DNA of 64,000 bases from Candidatus Eiseniibacteriota bacterium (GTDB taxonomy: Bacteria; Eisenbacteria; RBG-16-71-46; DASYSL01). The notes under the pieces were generated by a model, which did no database searches, was not told the DNA's origin, and worked only from the letters and a program-made list of their open reading frames with translations. Each line of letters begins with the position of its first letter. Position 1 is the stretch's first letter. The stretch lies in contig JANOEH010000179.1 in NCBI GenBank assembly GCA_031413115.1, forward strand, positions 1,163 through 65,162, written 5' to 3'. Position numbers and translations under genes: made by a program. This document shows positions 34,318 to 44,560 of this stretch, in pieces.

Positions 34318-36237
34318 ATGATTCGCCAGCTCGGTTCAGCCCTCGCATTCGCTGCGCTCATGCTCGGCGCCCCGCACGTGGCCACCGTCGCCACCGTCGC
34401 TGCACAGGACTCCGCTCCGCCGCCGGCGGGGAGCGACCTGGTGCGCGTGCATCCGATCGCACCGGTCACGATCGCACGGGGCGCGACGGTCGAGGTGACC
34501 ATCACGATCGACGTCCTGCCGACGTGGCACATCAACGCCAACCGTCCCAACGAGGACTTCCTCGTTCCCACCGTGCTCGCGCTGCGTGCCGCCCCGGGCG
34601 TGCGACCGGGCGCGCCGCGCTATCCGGCGGCGCACCAGGTGACGCTGTCGTTCTCGGACACGCCGCTTGCGGTGTACGAGGGAACGGTGACGATCGTGCT
34701 GCCGCTGATCGCTGCGGCCGATGCCACACCGGGTTCGCGCACGATCGCCGGAACGCTGCGCTTCCAGGGCTGCAACGACCAGGTGTGCCTGCCGCCTGCC
34801 ACGGTGCCCGTGCGCCTGGCGATCACTGTCGCCGACGACGTGGCCGGAGACGCCACCGTCGACTCGAGCGCGATCGAGCTCGCGCCGGTCGAATCGGGCG
34901 ACGCCGCGCCGGCGCCGATCGCGGGCTTCGAGACGGGGCCGCCGCCGGAGGGCGGGGCACCCGCGCGTGCGGCGCCTGCATCCGACAACCTGGTCGGTCG
35001 CTGGTTCGACGAGCGCGGTACCGGGTTCGCGTTTCTCTTCATCTTCCTCATGGGCCTCGCGCTCAACCTGACCCCGTGCGTCTATCCGATGATGGGCGTG
35101 ACCGTGTCGCTGTTCGGCGGCGGCGCTGCGGGTGGGGCAGGCGCGTCGGGCGCGTCGGGTGGCAACCTGCGAGCTCTCCCGCGCGCCATCGTCTACGTGC
35201 TCGGGATCGCGCTCATGTACTCGACGCTGGGCGTGATCGCGGCGCTGACCGGCGGGCTGTTCGGCGGCTGGCTGGCGAGTCCGTGGGTGCTCGGCGGAAT
35301 CGGGCTCCTGTTGCTCGCGCTGTCCCTGTCCATGTTCGGCTTCTACGAGATCCAGGCGCCGAGTGCGCTCCTGTCGAAGCTCGGCGGCGCGACGGGAGCG
35401 GGCTACGTCGGCACGTTTCTCGCCGGCTTGATGGTCGGCGTGTTCGCCGCGCCGTGCATCGGCGCGCCCATCATCGCACTGCTCGCGCACGTCGGCGCGA
35501 AGGGCGACCCGATCTTCGGCTTCCAGGCGTTCTTCGTGCTCTCGCTGGGGCTGGGGCTGCCCTATCTGGTGCTCGCGGTATTCTCGGGACTGATGACGCG
35601 CCTGCCGCGTTCGGGTTCGTGGATGGACTGGGTGAAGCATCTCTTCGGCGTGATCCTGCTCGCCGTCGCCGTGTTCTACCTGACGCTGGCGATCGCCCCG
35701 AAGTACGTCGGCTGGGTCGTGCCGGCGGCGCTGGGCCTGGGCGGCCTGTTCCTCGGCTTCCTCGAGCCGACCGGACGCGATCGCCCCGTGTTCCGCCGCT
35801 TCAAGTGGGCGGTGGGCGTCGCCGCGATCGTCGCCGCGGTGCTGATCGTGTTCCGCCCGGCCGCGCCGGCGCTCGAGTTCGGCGCCTTCGACGAGGCCAG
35901 GCTGGCGACCGCACGGGCCGCCCGCACGCCGGTCATGATCGATTTTGCCGCCGATTGGTGCGTGCCGTGCCACGAGCTCGATGAGATCACGTTCACCGAC
36001 CCCGAGGTGGTGCGTGCCGCGTCCGGGCTGGTGCGCATGAAGGTGGACCTGACGCACTTCGACGCTCCCGAATCGCAGGCGCTGCGCACGCGTTTCGCGA
36101 TCGCTGGCGTCCCCACGATCGTGTTCCTCGACGCCGACGGGAACGAGGTTCAGGCGGCGCGCGTCGTCGGCTTCATGCGGCCCGAGCCGTTCCTCGAGCG
36201 CGTGCGCCTGGTGACGGGTGGAGCGGCAGCGCCATGA
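34318..36237 (+). CDS. dsbD: Thiol:disulfide interchange protein DsbD (N-terminal DsbD-alpha domain, CcdA-like TM core, C-terminal thioredoxin domain).
   Basis: AGGAG RBS. TM core with conserved Cys (LTPCVYPMMG ... AAPCIGAPI). C-terminal WCVPC thioredoxin motif. Confidence 0.85.
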   Translation: MIRQLGSALAFAALMLGAPHVATVATVAAQDSAPPPAGSDLVRVHPIAPVTIARGATVEVTITIDVLPTWHINANRPNEDFLVPTVLALRAAPGVRPGAPRYPAAHQVTLSFSDTPLAVYEGTVTIVLPLIAAADATPGSRTIAGTLRFQGCNDQVCLPPATVPVRLAITVADDVAGDATVDSSAIELAPVESGDAAPAPIAGFETGPPPEGGAPARAAPASDNLVGRWFDERGTGFAFLFIFLMGLALNLTPCVYPMMGVTVSLFGGGAAGGAGASGASGGNLRALPRAIVYVLGIALMYSTLGVIAALTGGLFGGWLASPWVLGGIGLLLLALSLSMFGFYEIQAPSALLSKLGGATGAGYVGTFLAGLMVGVFAAPCIGAPIIALLAHVGAKGDPIFGFQAFFVLSLGLGLPYLVLAVFSGLMTRLPRSGSWMDWVKHLFGVILLAVAVFYLTLAIAPKYVGWVVPAALGLGGLFLGFLEPTGRDRPVFRRFKWAVGVAAIVAAVLIVFRPAAPALEFGAFDEARLATARAARTPVMIDFAADWCVPCHELDEITFTDPEVVRAASGLVRMKVDLTHFDAPESQALRTRFAIAGVPTIVFLDADGNEVQAARVVGFMRPEPFLERVRLVTGGAAAP

Positions 36238-37301
36238 TTCACTCCCGCGAAGCGGCAGTCCGGGGCGCCCTGGCACTGGGGCTCGCCGCCGCGACGGCGC
36301 TCGTGGTCCCCGCACCGGTGCGCGCCGTGCGGGCGCCCGCCGCGCCCGACACCGCCGACACCAGCGTCGTGGCCATGCTCACGCGCGACGCCGTGGCGGT
36401 CGCGCCGCTCTTCGCCACGCCGGTCGTCGAGCGATTCCTCGCTGCTGCCCCGCTGTTGCCGGCGCCGCGGGCGCGCACCGTGTGGCGCGACTCGGCTGCG
36501 ACCGCCTACTGGAACGAGGAAGACGTGACGGTGCTGCCCGACACCGCGCGCGCCCGGCTGGTGCGCCGCGACTTGCGCGAAGGCTTCTGGTACTTCACGC
36601 GCTACGGCACGCCGGTGGCGTACGCGCGCGCGCTCGAGGTGGCCGGCGAGGCGGGGCTGTCGACGCTCGTCGGCAAGCGCATCCTCGACTTCGGCTACGG
36701 CGGCGCCGGCTCGATCGGCCTCCTCGCCGCCGCCGGTGCGCACGCCGTGGGCGTCGACGTCGATCCGCTGCTGCGCGCGCTGTACGCGGGCGATCCGGCG
36801 CTCGCGGGCCGACCGACTGCGGCCGGTGGCTCGGCGCGTGCCGTCTTCGGTCGCTGGCCGGCCGAAGCCGCGGCGCGGGAGGCGGTCGGCACGGGCTACG
36901 ATCTCGTGCTGTCGAAGAACACGCTCAAGCACGGCTACATCCATCCCGAGCGGCCGGCCGATCCGCGCCAGCTCGTTCACCTCGGCGTCGACGACACGAC
37001 GTTTGTGCGCGAGCTGCGGCGGGTGCTGGCGCCGAAGGGTCGCGTACTCATCTACAACCTGTCGCCCGCGCCGTCGAAGCCCGACGAGCCGTACCGCCCG
37101 TGGACCGACGGACGCTGTCCGTTTCCCCGCGCGCTGTTCGAGCGCGAGGGTTTCCGCGTGCTCGCCTACGACGTGGTGGATGACGCGCCGGCGCGCGCCA
37201 TGGGGCGGGCGCTGGGGTGGGAGCAGGGAGCGGGGGCGATGAAGCTCGAGAGCGACCTGTTCGCGCACTACACGCTGGTCGAGCGGAACGACCTGGACTA
37301 G
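36234..37301 (+). CDS. Class I SAM-dependent methyltransferase with a hydrophobic, signal-like N-terminus.
   Basis: ATG overlaps the dsbD stop (ATGA). Motif I ILDFGYGGAGSIG. N-terminal ALALGLAAATALVVPAPVRA. Confidence 0.65.
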   Translation: MIHSREAAVRGALALGLAAATALVVPAPVRAVRAPAAPDTADTSVVAMLTRDAVAVAPLFATPVVERFLAAAPLLPAPRARTVWRDSAATAYWNEEDVTVLPDTARARLVRRDLREGFWYFTRYGTPVAYARALEVAGEAGLSTLVGKRILDFGYGGAGSIGLLAAAGAHAVGVDVDPLLRALYAGDPALAGRPTAAGGSARAVFGRWPAEAAAREAVGTGYDLVLSKNTLKHGYIHPERPADPRQLVHLGVDDTTFVRELRRVLAPKGRVLIYNLSPAPSKPDEPYRPWTDGRCPFPRALFEREGFRVLAYDVVDDAPARAMGRALGWEQGAGAMKLESDLFAHYTLVERNDLD

Positions 37302-38720
37302 GCCCGGCCCTGCCCCGCGAGCGCGGCCGAGAGCTCGGCCGCCAGGGTTCCCGCCAGGGCGCGGCGCGAGCGTGCGAGAAGCAGGGCGGCGATCGCCGGC
37401 TCGTCCGGACGCGCGGCCGCAGGCGCCCGGTCGAGGACCGCGAACACCGCGGCCACTGCGGCTTCGCCATCGTTCGGCGCCGCCACGGCCGCCCCGCATG
37501 CCCGGGCCAATCCCGACGCCTCGCTGGTTCCGACCATCGCCACGATCGGCCGCCGCGCCGCCAGGTACTCGTACAGCTTGCCCGGGACCATCGCCTCGTA
37601 ACCCGGTCCCTCGTTGCGCACGAGCAGCAGCACGTCCGCCTCCTTCTGCAGGCGTCGCGCCTCGGCGTTGGGCACCGGGCCGACGAAGCGCACGACATCG
37701 TCGAGGTCGAGCGCGTGCACGCGTGCGGCATACTCCTCGCCGAACGGACCCGCGACCAGCAGCTCGACGTGGCGTCGCCGACCCGGCTCGTAGCTCAGGC
37801 GGCGCGCCATCGCCTCGAGAAAGCGCAGCATCGCCGGCGTCTCGACCAGCGTGCCCGTGTAGACGATGCGCGCCGGATCGGAGGCCGCCGTGGGCGCCGC
37901 CGCCGTGGGCGCGCTCGCTTCGGACGCGGTGTGGCCGTTGCCATGGCCATTGCCCGGGCCATTCCCGTTCGCCTCGAGTTCGTCGAGCTCGGCGCCGTTG
38001 GGCAGGAAGCGAACGCGGGCGCGAACCTGGTCCTCCGCAAGCGTGCCCTCGAGCGCGCGCTCGTGCGTGTGCGATGCGACGAGCACGCGATCGGCGCGGT
38101 CGAGCACGCGCCGCTCGAGCCGTCGCTGCAGCACGGCGTGCAGCGGCGTGGGCGGCGTGCGGTAGTGGAGGCCGACCCACGGATCGCGGAAGTCGGCGAG
38201 CCACGGCAGCACCGGCCCGGCGGTGGGGCGTGCCAGCGCCTCGCCCACGAGATGGCACGACTCGGGCGGTGAGGTCGAGAGAATGGCGTCGATGTCGCCG
38301 CGGGCCATGCGCTCGCGGCCCGCACGGATCGCAGGTCCGGTCCACGCGCGATACGAGTCCGGCACGAACGCGAAGCGCGCCACCGCCCGTAACGCATCGT
38401 CGCGGCGCACCAGCCCCTTCATCGGGCCGCGGCGTGCGGGGCGCGGCAGGGGGCTCGGCGACTGCGCCCGCCGGGGAGGGCGCCAGGTGGCGTCGCCACA
38501 GCGCAACCGCCGTGGGGGCGCCGACCCGGATCACCTCGGTCGCGGCCGGGATGCGTGACAGCAGCGTGGCGTCGTCGATGAAGTACCCCCCGGGAGCGGA
38601 CGCGATCACGGTCACGTTCCAGCCGTGCTCGGGCAGGTAACGCGCCCACGCGAGGGGGCGATGCACGCCGCCGCCGCCGAGCGGCGGAAAGAAGTAGGCG
38701 ACGACGAGGACGCGCGGCAT
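37298..38720 (-). pseudogene. GT4-family glycosyltransferase interrupted by a frameshift (possible pseudogene or sequencing indel).
   Basis: The N-terminal GT domain start (MPRVLVVAYFFPPLGGGGV...GWNVTVIASAP) is in the frame starting at 38720. The remainder (ILSTSPPESCHLVGEAL...WLADFRDPW...EX7E-type KLYEYLAARRPIV) is in a different frame from about 38500. The junction is near 38425-38470 in G/C homopolymer runs. Confidence 0.5.
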
Positions 38721-39623
38721 TCAGCTCCCTCCGTTCGCAGGCGACCCGACGGACGGAGCGGGCGCCCGGCTCGACAGCCACACCCCGCTCACGATGCAGG
38801 CGACGCCGAGCCAGAGGCTGCGGCTCAGCTCCTCGCCGAGCGCCAGGTGGCCCCACAGCAGCGCGGCGACCGGCGCGATATAGACGATCATCGTCATGCG
38901 GTTGGCCCCCAGCACCTCGATGCCCCGGATCATGAGCGTGAATGCGATCACCGAGCCGAACACAGCGAGGTAGACGATCGTCGCCGCGGCGGTCGGTGTC
39001 ATGCGTGCGAACAGCGGTTCGCCGAGCGCGGCCGAGGCGGCAAGCAGGACGGCGGCGGCGATGCCCGCGCCGATGCACGACATGACGACTGCGTGCACGC
39101 GCCCCTGCGCGCGGCGGATCGCGATCGACGAAGTGGACTGGATGGCCGCCGTGAGGATCAGCGCCGACTCTCCCAGCCACGAGCGCTCACCGCGCAGTCG
39201 ATCCTGGAACACCAGGACGAGGCCCACGAGGCCGATCCCGATGCCGAGCACGCGCCCGGCGGTGAGCGGCTCGTCGTGCAGGACGAAGTGGGCGAGCAAC
39301 GCGACGAAGATCGCCTGCGCGGCGAAGAGGACCGCGGAGAGCCCCGACGGCACGGTCTGTTCGGCGTAATAGATGAGGGCGAACGGGATCGCGAACATGG
39401 TGAATCCCAGCTGGACCGGCAGCGCCCACTCCACGGGCGTGCGGGGCAACGGCAGTCGCCTCCAGCGGACAATCGCGACCAGGATCGGGAACGCGATGAG
39501 AAAGCGCAGTCCCGCTGCGCCGATCGGGGGCAGGTCTTGCGACCCGATCCGGATGGCGAGCCAGGTGGTGCTGAACAGCAGGCAGACGAGGGCGAACAGC
39601 GCGTAGGCGCGGCCGGGCGACAT
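38721..39623 (-). CDS. EamA-family (DMT superfamily) transporter.
   Basis: 300 aa, 10 TM helices with duplicated EamA halves. The stop abuts the downstream GT start. Confidence 0.8.
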   Translation of the reverse strand: MSPGRAYALFALVCLLFSTTWLAIRIGSQDLPPIGAAGLRFLIAFPILVAIVRWRRLPLPRTPVEWALPVQLGFTMFAIPFALIYYAEQTVPSGLSAVLFAAQAIFVALLAHFVLHDEPLTAGRVLGIGIGLVGLVLVFQDRLRGERSWLGESALILTAAIQSTSSIAIRRAQGRVHAVVMSCIGAGIAAAVLLAASAALGEPLFARMTPTAAATIVYLAVFGSVIAFTLMIRGIEVLGANRMTMIVYIAPVAALLWGHLALGEELSRSLWLGVACIVSGVWLSSRAPAPSVGSPANGGS

Positions 39624-39698
39624 GGGCGACAGCGTACACGAAAGGCCCGCTCTCGAAAGAGCGGGCCTTCGCGTACGACCGAATCGTCGTGGCGGCGA

Positions 39699-39998
39699 CT
39701 ACTTCGTGCCGACGGCGACCTTGGCGGCCTTCGCGATGCGGAACTTGAGCACGGTGCGGGCCGGGATCTTGATGGGCTCGCCCGTCTGCGGGTTGCGGCC
39801 CATGCGCTCCTTGCGCTTCACGATCACGAGCTTGCCGATGCCCGGGAGGGTGAAGCCCTTCTTGGCCTCGCGATACGCGAGCTTCGCGATCTCTTCGAGG
39901 ATCGCCGCGCTGTTCTTCTTCGTCATCTCGAACTTGGTCGCGATGTGCGTGCAGATCTGCGCCTTCGACATCGGTCGGGCAGTCGACTTTGCGGCCAT
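39699..39998 (-). CDS. hup: HU/IHF-family nucleoid-associated DNA-binding protein.
   Basis: [46 protein letters not shown] matches the HU beta-arm signature. AAGGGAGA RBS upstream of the ATG at 39998; an internal ATG at 39971 is an alternative start. Confidence 0.85.
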   Translation of the reverse strand: MAAKSTARPMSKAQICTHIATKFEMTKKNSAAILEEIAKLAYREAKKGFTLPGIGKLVIVKRKERMGRNPQTGEPIKIPARTVLKFRIAKAAKVAVGTK

Positions 39999-40748
39999 TC
40001 AGATTCTCCCTTGGGGGCCAGGGGGCCCCATGACGTCCACCTTGCGGGGGCGGGTCCGGTCCGCCGTGTTGCCGAAAGGGGACACGTCCTGTGTGAACCG
40101 ATGCGACCTGCGGGCCGCCGATCGGTTGATCCGTCATTCCGGACGAGCGCATCTTGGGCGCGGCCCCCGAGGTGCGCAAGGAAAAGTGCGCCGTTCCTGC
40201 ATTTATTTCGACCCGATCGCGAAGGCCCGCACGGCGCGCGGGCGTTGGCCGGTCGGTCCGGCGGGTGGGCGACGGAGGCCGCGCCGGGCAAGGCCGGGAC
40301 ACGGTCCATCCGCAACGTGCGGCGAGGAGTTCGTCGCATGGCAGCCGAGACCGATTGGGGGGCCACCTGCGCCCCGAGCCTTGTGCCGCCGATTTGCGGT
40401 GTAATGGACATATCAAAATTCGACGACTTTTGACGTGGGGCACGCGGCTCGAAGCGGCCTCGAGCCGCGCGGGCCGCAGGATCGCAAGCTGTTGGCAGAT
40501 CGTCGAGTCGAAGGCGAGACCTCGGGGAGAGCAGGGCCGCGCCGGGCCCGCTCGCACGTTGACTTGCGCCCCGGGTCGGCTACGCTGGATCGATGCCCGT
40601 GCGCGCGCAGCGCCCGGAAATCTCACAAGCCGGTCCGCGAGCCCGTTCCGACCGCGTTCCGCTCCATCGTGACCGCATCGCTCGACCCCGGGAGGGCTGC
40701 TTGCCGCGCACCGTCGAATCGTGTTCTCGACTCTCTCGCCTTGGCATT

Positions 40749-41453
40749 GTGACCCGGGTCGCCGTGGCTCTGGCCCTGTTCGCTGCCCTGCCGTGTGTTC
40801 CCACCGCCGCGTTGGCGGCGACCCCGGCCGCCGCGGTCGACCCCTACGCGCCGGTCTATGGTCGCCGCGGGGAGTCGTCCGTCGGCATGCTGTTCGGCGT
40901 GGGCTGGTACGACAACACGGACTTCAACGATGCGCTCATCGGGATCGGAGTCGACCCGATCGAGAACGGATTCGAGTATGGCATCCAGTACCGTCGCCGG
41001 ATCCGTCATGCCGTCTCGCTCGGCGCGGAGCTGGCCCGGCTCGACGGCCGTACCAGCACGGATCCGGGCGGAGTGGGATCGGAGTTCGGGCTGGCCGGGA
41101 CGATGCTGTTCGTCGACGCCTTCGTGCACCCGCTGCAGGTCGGGCCCGCGGCGCTGACGTTGTTCGCCGGCGGCGGCCCGGTGTTCGGCATCCGGCTGTC
41201 GCAGACGTATCCGGACGGGACCGTCGCCGAGGGCAAGAAGACCGGCTTCGGCTGGCATGCCGGCGCCGAGGGAGAGGCGCGCTTCGGCGAGAACTTCAGT
41301 TTCTTCGTGCGCGGCCTGACGCGGCAGGCGGGGGCGGACGACATCATCGTGAGCGACGATCCGTCGGGCCTGATCCGCTTCGACGCCGATTTCGACGGAC
41401 TGGCCGTGTCGTTCGGGCCGCGCTGGTACTGGGGCGGGCAGGGCAAGCCCTAG
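40749..41453 (+). CDS. Secreted outer-membrane beta-barrel-like protein; hypothetical.
   Basis: Signal peptide VTRVAVALALFAALPCVPTAALAA. GTG start is uncertain. Alternating beta pattern, C-terminal ...FGPRWYWGG. Confidence 0.45.
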   Translation: MTRVAVALALFAALPCVPTAALAATPAAAVDPYAPVYGRRGESSVGMLFGVGWYDNTDFNDALIGIGVDPIENGFEYGIQYRRRIRHAVSLGAELARLDGRTSTDPGGVGSEFGLAGTMLFVDAFVHPLQVGPAALTLFAGGGPVFGIRLSQTYPDGTVAEGKKTGFGWHAGAEGEARFGENFSFFVRGLTRQAGADDIIVSDDPSGLIRFDADFDGLAVSFGPRWYWGGQGKP

Positions 41454-44400
41454 CGCCTCCGTCGGCCAGCCGCGGGTGCGGGCGCAACTGCAGGCGCGCC
41501 CGTCGGTGAACCGCGCCAGGCGCGGGCCAGCGCATTCCAACCGTCCTCGAGCAGCGTGTACAGGCAGGGGACCAGCACGAGCGTGAGCGCGGTCGAGACC
41601 AAGAGTCCGCCGATCACCGTGCGCGCCAGCGGGTAGTAGAGAACGCCGCCGACGTAAGTGTTGCCCATCGCCAGGGGCAGCAGTCCGAGCACCGTCGTCG
41701 CCGTCGTCATGAGGATGGGCCGCAGGCGGTCACGGCCGCCGCGCAGCAGCGCCTCCATGCGGGGGACGCCCTCCTCGCGCATCTGGTGGACGTGGTGCAG
41801 GAGCACGATCCCATTGTTGACCACGATGCCGACCAGGATGAGGAAGCCGATCTGGGCCATCAGGTTGAACGGCGTGCCCGTGAGCAGGCACATCCACGCC
41901 ACGCCTCCGAATGCGAACGGCAACGCGAACATGATGGCGAAGGGATGCAGGAACGACTCGAACAGTGCGGCCATCACGATGTATACCAGCACCAGCGCCA
42001 GTACGAGGTTGAGCAGCATCTCCATCTGCGTCTCGTTCTCCTCCGAGAACGCGGACCCGTACGACCACGAGTAGCCCGGCGGCAGCGTCAGGGACTTCAG
42101 GTCCTCGCTGATCGCCTTGCGGATGTCGTTGCGCTTCTTCGAGTCGACGTCGGCCGTGATCGACGCGACCGAGCGGCGCTGCTGACGCTCGATGCCCTGG
42201 GGCGTCTCGACCGTGCGGAACGAGGCGACCGCGCCGAGCGGGACCGTGTTGCGCCCGTCCCCATCGGGGCCGTCGACGACCGCGTTCTCGACCACGATCG
42301 GCATGGTGCGCAGGCGATCGAGGCTGCTGCGATCGGCCTCGGCCAGCCGGGCCTGGATCTGGACCTCGCCCTCCGGACCGCGAAAGCGCGACAGGGGCCG
42401 GCCGCGGAAGAACAACGCGACCGAATTGGCGACGTCCGCCGCCGACAGGCCGCAGCGGGAGGCACGGTCGCGGTCGACGAGCACCATGATCTCCTTGCTG
42501 CCCTTCTCGCCGCCCACCTCCACTCCCTCGGTCCCGGGAATGAGCGTGACGCGGCGCTTCACCTCGAGCGCGATCTCGTCGAGGCGCGGGCCGGGGTCGC
42601 CGAAGACATTGACCGAGATCCGTGAGGCGTCGGAGTCGTCGTCCTCGTTGCCCGCGATCTCGAGACTGACGCCCGGCAGCTCGGGGATGCCGCGACGGAG
42701 GAGCTTGCGCACCTTCTCCGAGCCTTCGTCGTCGGCGTATCCGGAGGTGAGGTAGGCGCGGGTGAACGCGAAGTTGTGGGTGAAGAACGAGTACGTCGAC
42801 TTGACGTGCAGCGAGTCCTGCTTCGAAGCGATCCAGTCCTCGATGCTGGTGACGTAGCGCTCGACCTCCCGATAGTTGAGGTTGTCGGCGAACTCGTACT
42901 CGATGCGGACGGCCTCGACCTTGGAGCCGGTGAACGCGCTCTTGTTGACGGGGATGAACGCGCCGATCGAAGCGATGAAGAACAGTACGGCCGCACCGGC
43001 GGCCAGGGGACGGTGATGCAGCGTCCAGCGCAGCGCCCGGTCGTAGAACGCGGTCACCGCAACCAGCCAGCCGGCCGTCTTCGGCGCGGCGCCCACGCGC
43101 ACGAAGCGGCCCAGCGCCAGCGGGATCGCGGTGAGCGAGAGGTAGAGCGAGCAGCCGAGGGTGTAGATGATCGTGCGCCCCACCTCGCCGAGCCAGGTCG
43201 TGATCTCGGTGCGGCCGCCGAGAACCAGCGGCAGGAACACGATCACACTGGTCATCGTCGAGCAGACCACCGCCGGCAGCACTTCGCGCGACCCGGCCAG
43301 CGCCGCCCGCAGCGGCGACGCGCCATCCTGGCGGCGGCGGTGGATCGACTCGAGGACGACCACGGCGTTGTCGACCAGCATCCCGACGGCGAGCATGAGG
43401 CCCATCATGGAGAGGATATTCAGTGTGCGGCCCGTGAAGTACATGAGCGCGGCCGCCGCAAGGAGCGAGAAGGGGATCGCGGTCGCGACGACGAGCGTGG
43501 TCATTACATTCCGAAGGAATAGAAATAAAACCAGGACCGCCAGCACCCCGCCGATCAGCCCCGACTCCAGCAACCCGCGTAGCGAGTTCGTGATCTCGTC
43601 GCCCTGGTCGGTGAAGGTGAGGACCTGGATCCCGCGCAGCTCGGGGTCGGCGCCGATCGCGGCCAGCGTCTCGCGCGAGCGTCGCGCGACCTCGACCGTA
43701 TTCGCGCCCGACTCCTTGATCACGTTGAGGCCGATCGCCCGCGTGCGATCGAGGTGGCGGCCGTACTCGAGCTCGGGTTCGCGCAGCGAGACGGCGGCAA
43801 TCTCGCGCAGGGCGAGGCCGCGCTGGTTGACCGGTTGCGCGGCGATCTCCTCGAGCGAGGCGAAGCGGTTGACGACGCGCAGCGGCCACGCCTCGTCGCC
43901 CCGCTCGAGCCTTCCCGCCGAGAGGCTTCGGTTCGACGCCTCGAGCCGGGCGACCACTTCCTCGGGTGCCAGGCCGTGCCGCTCGAGCGCGTCGAGCGAG
44001 AACTCGATCAGCACCTGCGGCGGCTCGACCCCGTAGAGTTCGACCTTGGCCACGCCCGGCACGCGGCGCAGCGGGTCGGCGAGGTGGCGATTGAGCAGCT
44101 CGTACGAGCGCGACAGGTCGCGATCGGCCGAGACGCGGCACTCGAGCACGGGGATGTCCGTCGAGCGGAAGCCGTTCACCTGGATCAGGTCGACGTCCGA
44201 GGGCAGCAGGTCGCGGATGCGATCGAGCTTCTCGCGGGCGTCGACGCGCAGCGGCCCGATGTCCTCGCCCCAGTCGAACTGGATGTTGATCTCGGCGCCC
44301 GTCGACGTCGAGTACGACTCGATGCGACGCACGCGACTCATCGTCGCCAGCGCTTCCTCGGCCGGCCGTGCGATCTCCTCCTCGACCTGGGCCGGCAGCG

Positions 44401-44560
44401 CGTTCGGGTAGGGGATGGAGATCTGCAGCGACGGGAAGTCGACCTCGGGCAGGAACGCCAGCCGCAGTTTCGGCGCCGTCAGCGCACCGACGGCGACCAC
44501 GCAGACCAGCACGACCGAGGCCGTGATCGGATAGCGCAGACTCCAGCGCGGCAGGTTCAT
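41450..44560 (-). CDS. RND efflux transporter permease subunit, second of two (MdtC-like).
   Basis: Internal ATG at 44560 overlaps the upstream RND gene stop (ATGA). ~1036 aa with 12 TM and two large periplasmic loops of the AcrB/HAE1 family. Confidence 0.9.
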   Translation of the reverse strand: MNLPRWSLRYPITASVVLVCVVAVGALTAPKLRLAFLPEVDFPSLQISIPYPNALPAQVEEEIARPAEEALATMSRVRRIESYSTSTGAEINIQFDWGEDIGPLRVDAREKLDRIRDLLPSDVDLIQVNGFRSTDIPVLECRVSADRDLSRSYELLNRHLADPLRRVPGVAKVELYGVEPPQVLIEFSLDALERHGLAPEEVVARLEASNRSLSAGRLERGDEAWPLRVVNRFASLEEIAAQPVNQRGLALREIAAVSLREPELEYGRHLDRTRAIGLNVIKESGANTVEVARRSRETLAAIGADPELRGIQVLTFTDQGDEITNSLRGLLESGLIGGVLAVLVLFLFLRNVMTTLVVATAIPFSLLAAAALMYFTGRTLNILSMMGLMLAVGMLVDNAVVVLESIHRRRQDGASPLRAALAGSREVLPAVVCSTMTSVIVFLPLVLGGRTEITTWLGEVGRTIIYTLGCSLYLSLTAIPLALGRFVRVGAAPKTAGWLVAVTAFYDRALRWTLHHRPLAAGAAVLFFIASIGAFIPVNKSAFTGSKVEAVRIEYEFADNLNYREVERYVTSIEDWIASKQDSLHVKSTYSFFTHNFAFTRAYLTSGYADDEGSEKVRKLLRRGIPELPGVSLEIAGNEDDDSDASRISVNVFGDPGPRLDEIALEVKRRVTLIPGTEGVEVGGEKGSKEIMVLVDRDRASRCGLSAADVANSVALFFRGRPLSRFRGPEGEVQIQARLAEADRSSLDRLRTMPIVVENAVVDGPDGDGRNTVPLGAVASFRTVETPQGIERQQRRSVASITADVDSKKRNDIRKAISEDLKSLTLPPGYSWSYGSAFSEENETQMEMLLNLVLALVLVYIVMAALFESFLHPFAIMFALPFAFGGVAWMCLLTGTPFNLMAQIGFLILVGIVVNNGIVLLHHVHQMREEGVPRMEALLRGGRDRLRPILMTTATTVLGLLPLAMGNTYVGGVLYYPLARTVIGGLLVSTALTLVLVPCLYTLLEDGWNALARAWRGSPTGAPAVAPAPAAGRRRR

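Noticed and set aside
36150-38720. 856-aa minus-strand ORF
   Set aside because: Only its first ~90 codons (the GT4 N-terminus) are genuine. The remainder is antisense shadow of the methyltransferase gene or an out-of-frame continuation after the glycosyltransferase frameshift.
39999-40748. ~750-bp gene-poor region between hup and the next gene; considered for ncRNA or a mobile-element remnant
   Set aside because: No conserved ncRNA signature, inverted terminal repeats or recombinase fragments could be recognised by eye. ORFs in the region are low-complexity shadows. It is retained only as a likely regulatory or leader region, with a possible TTGACT-N16-TACGCT promoter near 40560.
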